64,000 bases of DNA from Candidatus Moraniibacteriota bacterium (lineage in GTDB: Bacteria > Patescibacteriota > Minisyncoccia > Moranbacterales > GCA-2747515), in contig JBBQZC010000005.1 in assembly GCA_038208115.1 (NCBI GenBank), positions 667 through 64,666 on the forward strand, given 5' to 3'. The translations under genes and the position numbers were made by a program. The notes under the pieces are model-generated. The model saw nothing but the letters and a program-made list of their open reading frames with translations. It made no database searches and had not been told where the DNA came from. This document shows, one piece after another, positions 51,193 through 61,085 of this stretch (position 1 is its first letter; the number at the start of each line of letters is the position of its first letter).

Positions 51193-53454
51193 TTATTTCC
51201 GATATATTCGCAGACTATTTGCCACAACAGAAACTGAGCTAAAAGCCATCGCAAAAGCTGCTATAACCGGACTAAGCACACCGCCTATCGCCAAGGGTAT
51301 GGCAATTACATTATAGAAGAATGCCCAAAAAAGATTCTGCCTGATTGTCTTGAAAGTTAATTTCGATATATAGATTGCTTCAACAACTTTTTCTAAATTA
51401 TTGTGTAACAAAATAATCTGTCCAGCTTCCTTAGCAATATCGGTTGCGCTACCCATAGCAATTCCGAGATCTGCTTGGACAAGGCTCGGCGCATCATTAA
51501 TACCATCACCCACAAATATTATTCTTTCCCCAGCATCTTGCAATTTTTTGATTTTTGATGCTTTTTCTGCTGGCATCACATCTGCAAAAACTTTTTGAAT
51601 ACCCAATTCTTGGGATATTGCATCCGCTGTTTTTTGGTTATCTCCGCTAATCATCGCAACTTGCAAATTCATTTTCTTCAACTCCATGATAACATTTTTT
51701 GATTCATCACGAACCTCATCTGCAAGAATGATTACGCCAATGACACCCTGTCCATGATGTACTACAAATAATCTTGTTCCTATTGAGAGATCATCTCTCT
51801 CTAATATTTCATTGGCCCACGCAACATCTATATTATTATTTTTTAGCAGCTTGATATTGCCTACCATAACATCACCTTGATGTTCTTCGCACAAAGCTTT
51901 CATGCCCATGCCCATAATTTCTTTGAAATTTTCAAAAGGAATAATTTCTATTTTTTGTTCTCCTGCATACCTTACAATCGATTTGGACAATGGATGCTCA
52001 GAATTCACTGCAACTCTCGCTGCTAGCTTGAGAATTTTTTCTTCTGAAAAAGTGTATGCGGGATTAGGAATTATTTTTTTCACTTCAGGCAATCCTTTAG
52101 TAAGAGTGCCCGTCTTATCAAAGATCACCATAGATATATTCTTGATCTTTTCAAAACCTTCCCCGCTCTTAAATAAAATACCATTTTTTGCTCCCTTGCC
52201 AGTACCTACCATAATCGCAGTCGGTGTCGCAAGTCCTAATGCACATGGACATGCAATAACTAATACTGTTACTGCATTAACAATTGCCAAAGAAACACTT
52301 CCCGTCACCACGTACCACCCCACAAATGTTACTGCTGCGATACCTAAAATGATTGGTACAAAGATACCGGAAATTTGATCTGCTAATTTTTGTATTGGCG
52401 CCTTTGATCCTTGTGCCTCCTCTACCGTTTTAATGATTTGTGCCAAAACTGTACCCTCTCCGATTTGTGTTACTCTTATTTTCAGAACGCCATCCATATT
52501 AATTGTCGCACCAAATACTTTTTTACCAATTACTTTTTCAACTGGCATTGATTCACCGGTCAACATTGATTCATCTGTAAGCGATTGGCCACCGACGACA
52601 ATACCATCCAAGGGGATTTTTTCACTTGGTCGCACTATGATGATATCATCTATATGGATTTCTGAAATATTCACCTCTCGCTCCTCCCCATCAATGATCA
52701 GACGTGCCTTCTTCGCACCCAGCTCCATCAATTTACGCATTGCTTCTCCAGCTTGTCCAATACTCTTACTTTCAAAATACTTACCCAATAATATCAGCGT
52801 AATAATAACCGCTGCAGGCTCAAAATATCCATCTTGAATCGGCATATTAAATATGATCGATTGCATCGCAAGATATAGACTGTAAAAATATGCTACAAGA
52901 GTTCCTATAGATACAAGAGTGTCCATATTTGCGTGAAGTTTTTTAGCTTGTCTCCATGCCATTTTATGAAAACGCCATCCAAAATAGAACACTACGATTG
53001 TAGCCAAAGAAACGTGCACCCACATAATCGCATCCACATGGGAGATCATAATGCCTGTACGAATTTTATAAAACATTTCTATCACCAATGGGACACTCAA
53101 AATCAATGAACCTAAAAAATATTTCCAGCTCCCTTGTACATCATCAATCATGTGGTGATGACTTTCTTTTTCTTCTTCTATGCTATTTTTTTGATTTTTA
53201 GCTACAGCATCATCAATATCATAACCGTTTTCTCGAATAATATCGTGAATTTTTTTCTCGTTCAAAATCGCATCATCATATACAATGATTGCTTTCTGAG
53301 TTGCAAAATTCACTGATGCACTTTCCACTCCATCAGTTTTTAACAATGCTTTTTCATTACTTAAAGCACAACTTGCACAGGTCATACCTGATACACGAAA
53401 TAATATTTTTTTATGATTCATATTTTTTGATTTAATGATATGATTTTTTCTCAC
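51193..53454 (-). CDS. copA: Copper-translocating P1B-type ATPase
   Basis: [36 protein letters not shown] and MAFSS. Confidence 0.92.
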   Translation of the reverse strand: MRKNHIIKSKNMNHKKILFRVSGMTCASCALSNEKALLKTDGVESASVNFATQKAIIVYDDAILNEKKIHDIIRENGYDIDDAVAKNQKNSIEEEKESHHHMIDDVQGSWKYFLGSLILSVPLVIEMFYKIRTGIMISHVDAIMWVHVSLATIVVFYFGWRFHKMAWRQAKKLHANMDTLVSIGTLVAYFYSLYLAMQSIIFNMPIQDGYFEPAAVIITLILLGKYFESKSIGQAGEAMRKLMELGAKKARLIIDGEEREVNISEIHIDDIIIVRPSEKIPLDGIVVGGQSLTDESMLTGESMPVEKVIGKKVFGATINMDGVLKIRVTQIGEGTVLAQIIKTVEEAQGSKAPIQKLADQISGIFVPIILGIAAVTFVGWYVVTGSVSLAIVNAVTVLVIACPCALGLATPTAIMVGTGKGAKNGILFKSGEGFEKIKNISMVIFDKTGTLTKGLPEVKKIIPNPAYTFSEEKILKLAARVAVNSEHPLSKSIVRYAGEQKIEIIPFENFKEIMGMGMKALCEEHQGDVMVGNIKLLKNNNIDVAWANEILERDDLSIGTRLFVVHHGQGVIGVIILADEVRDESKNVIMELKKMNLQVAMISGDNQKTADAISQELGIQKVFADVMPAEKASKIKKLQDAGERIIFVGDGINDAPSLVQADLGIAMGSATDIAKEAGQIILLHNNLEKVVEAIYISKLTFKTIRQNLFWAFFYNVIAIPLAIGGVLSPVIAAFAMAFSSVSVVANSLRIYRK

Positions 53455-53463
53455 TTTTTTTGA

Positions 53464-54834
53464 TTATTCCACCACAAATTTTCCTTTAACCATACCCATC
53501 CAACAACTAAACGGTATCGTGCCAGTCTTCGTTGGTGTAAATGTGACAACATTTTTTCCAGAAATTAATCCTTGAGAGATATTTAAGCTCGGCACAATAA
53601 TCTTATTAGTACACCCCGTAATACTATCCCCATATATTACCCATTCCACGGGTACATCTTTCCTAATTACAATAGTCGCAGGAGAAAAACCAGAATTTGT
53701 CACTCTCATCTCTACAATTTGTTTTTTTGTACTTTCATCAGTTACATTTACCTCACTATTTTTATCTGTTTTTCCAGTCGTTTTCATATTTGTGAAACTT
53801 GCATCAATTCCGTTCAGTGCCAGACCAGATTGCAAAGTCAGAAGAGCAAATAGCACGATTAATATGCCTGCTGCTTTTTGAAAAACGACAACTTTTTTTG
53901 ATTTCATCCACGATGTTGCCACGCCAGCAGCCATAAGAACTGGCAATGTGCCCAATGAAAAAGCCAACATAGTCAGACCCCCCGTCCAAAAGCTGCCAGA
54001 TGTAAGAGCAATAATTTGCATACTTTGTGTGAATCCACACGGTAAGAAAAAACTTAATCCGCCAACTAAAAACGGTGCGGATTTATGATCTGATTTTTTC
54101 AATACATCCCATTTTTTTGTTAAAAATTTTGGCATAACAACACCTACCTGTGATAACGATGGTATTTTTATGAGTAAACTAAGTCCAAGCCATCCCATCA
54201 CGATAGCAATAATGACCATAAAAATAGAAATAAACTGTCCTCCAACATTAATTTGTCCTCCGATCAGCCCCAATAATCCACCCAAGATGAAAAATGTTGA
54301 GACTCGTCCAATATGAAAAAATAAATTTGGCTTTACTGCTTTCTGATAAAAACCATCTCCACTGCTTTTATATTTTTCTGCAAAAGCAATAACCACTGAG
54401 CCAACAATCACAAGGCAGGAAGAGAGAGATGCTACAACTCCTACTAATAAAGCAACTCCTAATCCAACACTTTTGTCTTGAAAGTTAATTCCTTCGATAA
54501 TACCAGTATTTTGAAAGACCTTAAATAGCATCAAAAGTATGCCAACAATGAGAATTGCTTTCAACCAATCTCCTAAAGATGTTGTAAAATTTCTTTTCGC
54601 TACATCATCACTTTTGCTATGCACTTCATTTTCATATATTTTATATCCCAACTTTTCTGCTATCCCTACCAATTGTGAAAAATTTACTTCTTTTTCAAAT
54701 TCTATTTCTCCACTTTTTTTCTTATAGTTGACTCTCACTTTTTTTACTCCAGCAACACTTCCAAACTCATCCTCCAATAACTTTTCGCAACTTGTGCAAT
54801 GCATACCTTTTATGTATATTTTTTTTGTACTCAT
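53464..54834 (-). CDS. HMA + DsbD_2/TauE-like membrane domain + cupredoxin-like protein
   Basis: GMHCTSC, SSC...G, FLPCGFTQ, C-terminal GC ... FSCWMGM. Confidence 0.85.
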   Translation of the reverse strand: MSTKKIYIKGMHCTSCEKLLEDEFGSVAGVKKVRVNYKKKSGEIEFEKEVNFSQLVGIAEKLGYKIYENEVHSKSDDVAKRNFTTSLGDWLKAILIVGILLMLFKVFQNTGIIEGINFQDKSVGLGVALLVGVVASLSSCLVIVGSVVIAFAEKYKSSGDGFYQKAVKPNLFFHIGRVSTFFILGGLLGLIGGQINVGGQFISIFMVIIAIVMGWLGLSLLIKIPSLSQVGVVMPKFLTKKWDVLKKSDHKSAPFLVGGLSFFLPCGFTQSMQIIALTSGSFWTGGLTMLAFSLGTLPVLMAAGVATSWMKSKKVVVFQKAAGILIVLFALLTLQSGLALNGIDASFTNMKTTGKTDKNSEVNVTDESTKKQIVEMRVTNSGFSPATIVIRKDVPVEWVIYGDSITGCTNKIIVPSLNISQGLISGKNVVTFTPTKTGTIPFSCWMGMVKGKFVVE

Positions 54835-54854
54835 AATTATTAAATATTTATTTA

Positions 54855-55118
54855 CTATTTACTCAGCTTATTAATTGTAAGAATCTCGTCGATCATCTCC
54901 TGTTTTTTTACCTCATTTGTTCCTTGCATAGCTTTTGCGAAACAACTATTTAAATGTCTTTCCATAAGTTTACTATTCGCTGATCGAAGTAGTCCCACAA
55001 CAGCCAAATTTTGCTGTAAAATATCAATACAATACTTATTATCTTCTACCATCTGGATTACGTTATTTAAGTGTGTATTTGCCTTTTTCAAGGCTGTGAT
55101 AATTTCTTTATTGTGCAT
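54855..55118 (-). CDS. csoR: CsoR-family metal-sensing repressor
   Basis: YCIDILQQ, HLNSC. Confidence 0.85.
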   Translation of the reverse strand: MHNKEIITALKKANTHLNNVIQMVEDNKYCIDILQQNLAVVGLLRSANSKLMERHLNSCFAKAMQGTNEVKKQEMIDEILTINKLSK

Positions 55119-55165
55119 ATCATTTTATTAGTGATGCTAAAAAATCGTTTATTTTTCACGAATAT

Positions 55166-55184
55166 ATTACCCTCCCCCCAGGTT
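55166..55184. promoter_or_regulatory. Putative CsoR operator
   Basis: attaccctccccccaggtt: C/G-tract pseudo-palindrome in AT-rich DNA upstream of csoR, resembling known CsoR boxes. Confidence 0.55.
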
Positions 55185-55273
55185 CATCATATACTACGCA
55201 ACTATACTGATAAATATTTCAATTATGTGACACGCATGAAGAAATGTGCCAAAATACGCTGTTCTTTAAATTT

Positions 55274-55304
55274 AAAACCCCATACATACGATGTATAGGG
55301 TTTT
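55274..55304 (-). terminator. Hairpin after the 59-aa ORF
   Basis: aaaaccc-c-atacat-acg-atgtat-a-gggtttt. Confidence 0.65.
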
Positions 55305-55313
55305 TCTTCGAAC

Positions 55314-55493
55314 TCAATACGGCAATCCTTCATCTATCAGACTTGTCGACTGTGGCAATTCGTGCAAATTTTGTGCATTTTCCTCTTTCCACTCTGCGTA
55401 ACGTGTTGAATGATCCCTAACCTCAAATGAGTCACATTGGACTACACCTGCATCGGGTTTTTTATCCGAATCCTTTCTACACACATTAGTCAT
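55314..55493 (-). CDS. Unannotated 59-aa acidic small protein
   Basis: AGGAG SD then ATG; MTNVCRKDSDKKPDAGVVQCDSFEVRDHSTRYAEWKEENAQNLHELPQSTSLIDEGLPY; hairpin follows the stop. Confidence 0.6.
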   Translation of the reverse strand: MTNVCRKDSDKKPDAGVVQCDSFEVRDHSTRYAEWKEENAQNLHELPQSTSLIDEGLPY

Positions 55494-55527
55494 AAAATCT
55501 CCTATTGGTTTTTGAAATATTTATTGT

Positions 55528-55692
55528 AAAAAAAACAAAAAATCGTCTTTTTAGACGACCATTTTCCTTTCTCAAAAAATTTAATAAAGTAAAAATGCGT
55601 CGTCACAGACGATTATTTTGCAAATTATTATTATAATTTAATTGAGCATACTTCATAGTTTTAATATACTGGATTTGATATACTTTTGTCAA
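55528..55692 (-). promoter_or_regulatory. Promoter plus putative ribosome-coupled transcription attenuator
   Basis: TTGACA-18 nt-TATATT; mutually exclusive stems 1:2, 2:3 and 3:4 with a U-tract. Confidence 0.65.
55603..55656 (-). CDS. Putative leader peptide MKYAQLNYNNNLQNNRL
   Basis: ATG 6 nt after the -10 box; six AAT codons; stop overlaps attenuator segment 2. Confidence 0.55.
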   Translation of the reverse strand: MKYAQLNYNNNLQNNRL

Positions 55693-55703
55693 ATATCACT
55701 TTT

Positions 55704-56756
55704 TTATACAATAACACCACCACCAAGACAAACGACATCATCATAAAAGACTGCGTATTGTCCCGGAGTAATACCTTGATCTTTCTGAGATAATTGTAGA
55801 TGCGCCCCCAACTCTTCTTTTAATGTAATTTCACAATCGTGAAAAAACTCACTATGACGCAATTTGACACGTAAATTATTTTTTTTCGGAGCACCATTGA
55901 TCCAATTTATTTCTTGCACGTCACATTGATCTCTCCGTTGATCATCGCCCATAAATCCATGCGTGAGATATACAATATTATGAGCAACATCTTTATCACA
56001 CACATACCACGGACCACCACTGAGGTCTACACCCTTTCGTTGTCCGATTGTATAAAAATAAAATCCTTCATGTTTTCCTAGCTCTTTTCCTGTTTCTTTT
56101 TCGATGAATATACCCTCCCGTGTACCAAGATGCTCTTTGACAAAATCACGAAATGAAATTTTGCCTAAAAAACAAATTCCCTGAGAATCCTTTCTGTATG
56201 CTGTTGCCAACTGCTGTTCTTTTGCATATGCTCGCACTACACTTTTTTGCATGTGTCCGATCGGAAAGATAGCACGTTGTAGTTGCTCTTGATGCATCAT
56301 CGCCAGAAAATACGTCTGATCTTTCACGGGATCTGGAGCTCGCACAAGCGATACAGTATGATCAGAATTTTCTCGCAATTGTGCATAATGTCCCGTAGCG
56401 ATTCTATCGAAATCTTTACCATATTTTTCATAAAATGCACCAAATTTCACCTCACGATTACACAGCATATCCGGATTCGGTGTGAGTCCCTTAGCCACAG
56501 CATCAATCGTATAACGCACGACATGCTCATGATATTCTTTTTGGAGGGGCACTACACGGAGCGGAACATCACACTGAATACATACTTTTTCCACATATGA
56601 CAAATCATCCTCCCATGGGCAGGAACCGAGAAAAGACATCTCATCCTCTAGCCAGATTTTGAGATAAAATGCTGTAAGATCATGTCCTTGTTGCTTCAAC
56701 AAATGTAAGGCAACAGAGCTATCCACCCCACCACTTACTAATACTGCAATTTTCAT
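55704..56756 (-). CDS. mnmA: tRNA 2-thiouridylase MnmA
   Basis: SGGVDS, TPNPD..CN, ATGHYA, KDQTYFL, DSQGICF, TIGQRKG, PGQ. Confidence 0.96.
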   Translation of the reverse strand: MKIAVLVSGGVDSSVALHLLKQQGHDLTAFYLKIWLEDEMSFLGSCPWEDDLSYVEKVCIQCDVPLRVVPLQKEYHEHVVRYTIDAVAKGLTPNPDMLCNREVKFGAFYEKYGKDFDRIATGHYAQLRENSDHTVSLVRAPDPVKDQTYFLAMMHQEQLQRAIFPIGHMQKSVVRAYAKEQQLATAYRKDSQGICFLGKISFRDFVKEHLGTREGIFIEKETGKELGKHEGFYFYTIGQRKGVDLSGGPWYVCDKDVAHNIVYLTHGFMGDDQRRDQCDVQEINWINGAPKKNNLRVKLRHSEFFHDCEITLKEELGAHLQLSQKDQGITPGQYAVFYDDVVCLGGGVIV

Positions 56757-56952
56757 ATTTTTTCCTGTAAAACCTTACTAAGTTTCTTTATGACCAAAAT
56801 CCAAACTGCAAGGATTGATTGTAAAAGTAATTTACGATTTCGTCAATGCACTGAGTAATGATTCATCTAAAAGAAATTGCCACATGACTGCTAGCACGAT
56901 TATAAAAATAATGAAATAGATCGAGGCTTTGATGAGATATTTTATCATATTT

Positions 56953-57924
56953 TTATATGTTATGATTATGGTCAATAAATTTTTGTGTAATATTTTCTAC
57001 TTCAGTTGCATTATGTGCCTCCATTAACTCCGCACGCAAATCACTCGCATGTGGGAATCCATTTACATACGCTTTGTAATGCTTCTTCATTATTGCAAAA
57101 TTATTGATTCCTGTAAAAAGTTCTTCAAATAATTTTGTATGTTCGATCATCACACGCAATTTTTCGGCGACGGTGTTCAGTGGTTCTGGATCTGTAAAAA
57201 ACCATGGATTCCCGAAAACACCGCGTCCTATCATGACTCCGTCACACCCTGATTTCTGCACGAGTTCTTTTCCCATCCGCACACTTTTTACATCACCGTT
57301 TCCCACAATCAATGTATCTGGTTGCAAAGCATTTTTCATCGCAACGATCCGTGGCATCAGATCCCAATGCGCTAGACATTCGCTCATCTCTTTACGTGTT
57401 CGCAAATGCACTGTCAATGTCGCGATATTTGCGTGTAATAAACATGGCAACCATGTATCAATTTCCTCTTTATTAAAACCGATACGCGTCTTCACACTCA
57501 CAGGCATCTGTCCCGCCCCACTAATCGCTGCTGCGACAATATCCTTCGCTCTCTCTGGCTCACAGATAAGTCCTGCGCCTGCACCTTGTTTAACCACATT
57601 TTTTTCTGGACATCCCATGTTAATATCGATTCCATCAAATCCCAATTCTCGACAAAGCACTGCTATATGTTCAAAATTTTTTGGATTTGCACCAAACACT
57701 TGTGCGACGATCGGTCGCTCACTCTCATCAAACCACAAATGATGCATAAGTTTTTCTCGTCCTTCTGGATGTAAGATTCCATCCACGCTGACAAATTCCG
57801 TATAGATGACATCCGGTCGACTGTATCGTGCGATCATCCGACGAAAAGCCACATCTGTCACATCATACATCGGTGCCAAAACAAAAAATGGTTTATGCAA
57901 TTCTCCCCAAAAACCCGCGATCAT
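56953..57924 (-). CDS. tRNA-dihydrouridine synthase
   Basis: LAPM..VTD, DINMGCP, SVKTR, H.RT, GNGD, GVMIGRG. Confidence 0.92.
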   Translation of the reverse strand: MIAGFWGELHKPFFVLAPMYDVTDVAFRRMIARYSRPDVIYTEFVSVDGILHPEGREKLMHHLWFDESERPIVAQVFGANPKNFEHIAVLCRELGFDGIDINMGCPEKNVVKQGAGAGLICEPERAKDIVAAAISGAGQMPVSVKTRIGFNKEEIDTWLPCLLHANIATLTVHLRTRKEMSECLAHWDLMPRIVAMKNALQPDTLIVGNGDVKSVRMGKELVQKSGCDGVMIGRGVFGNPWFFTDPEPLNTVAEKLRVMIEHTKLFEELFTGINNFAIMKKHYKAYVNGFPHASDLRAELMEAHNATEVENITQKFIDHNHNI

Positions 57925-58004
57925 ATACTATTTAAAAAATTTATATATTTATCATATCACATGAAAGACCAGTATACTAAAATTTCTCAAAATGTCCATG
58001 AACA

Positions 58005-58033
58005 TTGACAAAAATTAAAAAAAGTGCTATCAT
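58005..58033 (+). promoter_or_regulatory. Sigma70 promoter with extended -10
   Basis: TTGACA-17 nt-TATCAT, preceded by TG. Confidence 0.7.
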
Positions 58034-58089
58034 TCTTCCGTAGTTTCACGTTTTTTTACAAAAACCCGAAGAGACTTAGGAGGTTTCAC

Positions 58090-58695
58090 ATGAGCAAAGG
58101 AGTCACAGGAAGTTTAGCAATTTGCATTAATCCAAACTGTTTCATAACATCAATTATTGCGACAGATGTTTCAGATGTTGATAGTGTAATGGAATCATTA
58201 CAAAAACACTGCGGGTGGGAATTAATCCACTCTGAGAAAGTCAGGCATTACACAGAATTCATCCCCACAGAAAAGACTCTCTTGCGAGGGTTTTCTACAA
58301 TACAACAAAAAATTTGCAATGATTGCTCCGATCAGATTACCTCAATCAGCGTTGTAACAAGTGAGATGAAGAGTATAACAAAAATTATTCTCAAAAATCT
58401 TGACGGCAAGATTGAGGACGAGGAGAAGCGTCTTTCCCGATGCAAAATCGAACTCAAAGAAACAACTCAAAGAGGTGGCGATAGCATTGACACCGCGACA
58501 AGCCAAAATGCTCTCCAAACGATTCATGGTCGCATGAAAGATCTTGAGATATCACTTCAAAAGAAAATTCTCCTGAGAAAAAAATTGTCCCAAAAAACAT
58601 GGAACGGGTTTTGTAGCAATTGCAAAACTGAACCTGTTCCTTTTGGCAGAGTCGAATTAAATGACTCATTGACGTGTATTGGGTGTGCGCTGTAA
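58090..58695 (+). CDS. DksA/TraR-like C4 zinc-finger protein with extra N-terminal domain
   Basis: AGGAGG SD; coiled coil with DSIDTA (DxxDxA); C-terminal GFCSNC...VPFGR......TCIGC. Confidence 0.7.
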   Translation: MSKGVTGSLAICINPNCFITSIIATDVSDVDSVMESLQKHCGWELIHSEKVRHYTEFIPTEKTLLRGFSTIQQKICNDCSDQITSISVVTSEMKSITKIILKNLDGKIEDEEKRLSRCKIELKETTQRGGDSIDTATSQNALQTIHGRMKDLEISLQKKILLRKKLSQKTWNGFCSNCKTEPVPFGRVELNDSLTCIGCAL

Positions 58696-58720
58696 TTTAA
58701 AAAAACACCACACTGCGCCT

Positions 58721-58757
58721 GTCGGCACAAGATTGTATTCTTGTGCCGGCTTTTTTT
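58721..58757 (+). terminator. Rho-independent terminator
   Basis: gtcggcacaaga-ttgtat-tcttgtgccggc-ttttttt. Confidence 0.85.
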
Positions 58758-58816
58758 GTCTTATTGTGAAGATTATTGCTATACTATATATATAATATTG
58801 TTTCCCATTACCACCT

Positions 58817-60910
58817 ATGATCACTCTCGACACATTACTTTCTGAACTTCCCCGCATCACGCCTGCACATGCCAAAAAACTCTTACGACTCAATCTCGTT
58901 ACTGTAAAAAATCTTCTTCATCATTTTCCGAGTCGGTATGAGGATTTTGCAACTATTTATCCGATTTCCGATTTATCCGCAGACATGAATGCAACCGTCG
59001 TAGGCATCATTTCAGAGATGAAAACAAATCGCATTCCCAAAAGACATCTCACAGTGACAAATGCCACAATTTCTGATGATTCTGGAAGCATTTCCATTGT
59101 ATGGTTCAATCAGTCATTTATCGAAAATTCATTACATGTTGGTAACGCATACCGCTTGAGTGGTAAAGTTGCCTATAATACAAAAAATGGACTTCACTTT
59201 AGTGCACCCAACATTGAGCGTACAGAGCGTAAACCGACTAGCACCGGTCGTCTCGTACCGACATATCCAGAAACTGCTGGCATCACGTCGAAATGGCTTC
59301 GATGGCAAATTCATATGATTCTCGCTACAGAAATTGATTTACTTGACGCATTACCAGAAAATATTGTGACAGAACTCCACCTCCCAAAATTATCTACAGC
59401 ACTCAAACTCATTCACTATCCACGATCCTTGGAAGACGTCGAATACGCACGAAAGCGATTTGTATTTGAAGAAATGTTTATTCTCCAGCTCATCACGATT
59501 CGCACGCGATCACAGCTTGCGAAAGAAAAATCGTATATAATTCCATTTGATGAAAAACTTGTACAACAATTTGTCCAAAATCTCCCATTCGTGCCAACCG
59601 ATGCACAGAAAAAAAGTGCATATCAAATACTCACTGATCTATCAAAACCAGTACCCATGAATCGCCTTCTCAATGGTGATGTTGGCTCTGGCAAGACACT
59701 TGTTGCTCTCATCGCCGCGCTCGAGTGTGCCAAATCAGGATATCAAATTGCTATCCTTGCACCGACAGAAGTACTCGCGCTACAACATTTCAATACGTTT
59801 CTCACATTTTTTGAAAAATACGAAATCTCAATCGGACTTCTTACTGGCGCATACAAGATGGAGGGCGCGCATCCTGCACTCACACAGAATATAACACGTT
59901 CCGCCATGCTTTCGCGTATCAAAAATGGGGATATCAAAATTGTAATTGGTACACATGCAATCATTCAAGAAGACGTTGCATTTCATAATCTCTCACTCAT
60001 CATCGTCGACGAACAACACCGTTTTGGTGTAGCACAACGCGCAAAACTCGCGCAAAAAAGCATAGAGAGTAATGATGGTAACAAAAAAACTGTACCACAT
60101 TTCCTCACCATGACAGCAACGCCAATTCCTCGAACATTTGCATTAGCATTATTTGGTGACCTCCATGTATCACTCCTTGATGAAAAACCGAAGAATCGTA
60201 AGGAGATTATCACAAAGATCATCCATCCGGAAAGACAATCTGTAGTATACGATTTTATCAAAAAGGAAATTGCTTTTGGCCGCCAAGCATACATTGTCCT
60301 CCCTCTCGTAGAAGATTCTGACGCATTGCAAAATGTAAAATCAGCAAAAGCGGAATTTGATCGACTATCAAAAGATGTCTTCTCCACATATTCTCTCGGA
60401 CTGATGCACGGTCGTTTGAAAGCAAAAGAAAAAGAAAAACTCATGGCAGATTTTAAAAATAATAAGATCAATATTCTTATTTCCACATCAGTGATCGAAG
60501 TCGGTGTCGATGTGCCAAATGCAACAATAATGATCATTGAAAATGCAGAACGATTCGGACTCTCACAACTCCATCAATTTCGCGGACGCATTGGGCGTGG
60601 CAATCATCAATCACATTGCTTCTTATTTTCTACACATTTTAATAGTCAGCGCCTTCATGCAATGGAAAAACACACTGATGGATTTAGACTCGCAGAGATC
60701 GATCTCGCATTGCGCGGACCAGGCGAATTTTTAGGATCACAACAAAGTGGTTTACCAGATGGTGCAATGAAAAATATTTCAAATATAAAACTCATTACAC
60801 TCACACGAAAGTATGCAAAAAGTCTTCTTACAGAAGATCCATTCATGAAAAAACATCCACTTCTTGCAAAAGAAATCACACACCTTTATGAACGAATCCA
60901 TCTTGAGTAA
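58817..60910 (+). CDS. recG: ATP-dependent DNA helicase RecG
   Basis: PMNRLLNGDVGSGKT, DEQHRFGV, MTATPIPRT, QLHQFRGRIGRG, RGPGE. Confidence 0.97.
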   Translation: MITLDTLLSELPRITPAHAKKLLRLNLVTVKNLLHHFPSRYEDFATIYPISDLSADMNATVVGIISEMKTNRIPKRHLTVTNATISDDSGSISIVWFNQSFIENSLHVGNAYRLSGKVAYNTKNGLHFSAPNIERTERKPTSTGRLVPTYPETAGITSKWLRWQIHMILATEIDLLDALPENIVTELHLPKLSTALKLIHYPRSLEDVEYARKRFVFEEMFILQLITIRTRSQLAKEKSYIIPFDEKLVQQFVQNLPFVPTDAQKKSAYQILTDLSKPVPMNRLLNGDVGSGKTLVALIAALECAKSGYQIAILAPTEVLALQHFNTFLTFFEKYEISIGLLTGAYKMEGAHPALTQNITRSAMLSRIKNGDIKIVIGTHAIIQEDVAFHNLSLIIVDEQHRFGVAQRAKLAQKSIESNDGNKKTVPHFLTMTATPIPRTFALALFGDLHVSLLDEKPKNRKEIITKIIHPERQSVVYDFIKKEIAFGRQAYIVLPLVEDSDALQNVKSAKAEFDRLSKDVFSTYSLGLMHGRLKAKEKEKLMADFKNNKINILISTSVIEVGVDVPNATIMIIENAERFGLSQLHQFRGRIGRGNHQSHCFLFSTHFNSQRLHAMEKHTDGFRLAEIDLALRGPGEFLGSQQSGLPDGAMKNISNIKLITLTRKYAKSLLTEDPFMKKHPLLAKEITHLYERIHLE

Positions 60911-61000
60911 TTTTGTAAATCATCTACTCTCACACTGTCTCTGCGAGGACATACGACCAAACCCCTCCAACTGCAGACGGCTAATCTTGGATGGGTGTGC

Positions 61001-61027
61001 AAAAAAGCAATCTGCGTAAGATTGCTT
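61001..61027 (-). terminator. Hairpin between convergent recG and GT4 genes
   Basis: aagcaatct-gcgta-agattgctt with a U-tract on the minus strand. Confidence 0.6.
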
Positions 61028-61085
61028 CGTCATTCCACTTAAATTATAGCCCTCACAAAAACTCTTATATATTAATCAAAAGAAA

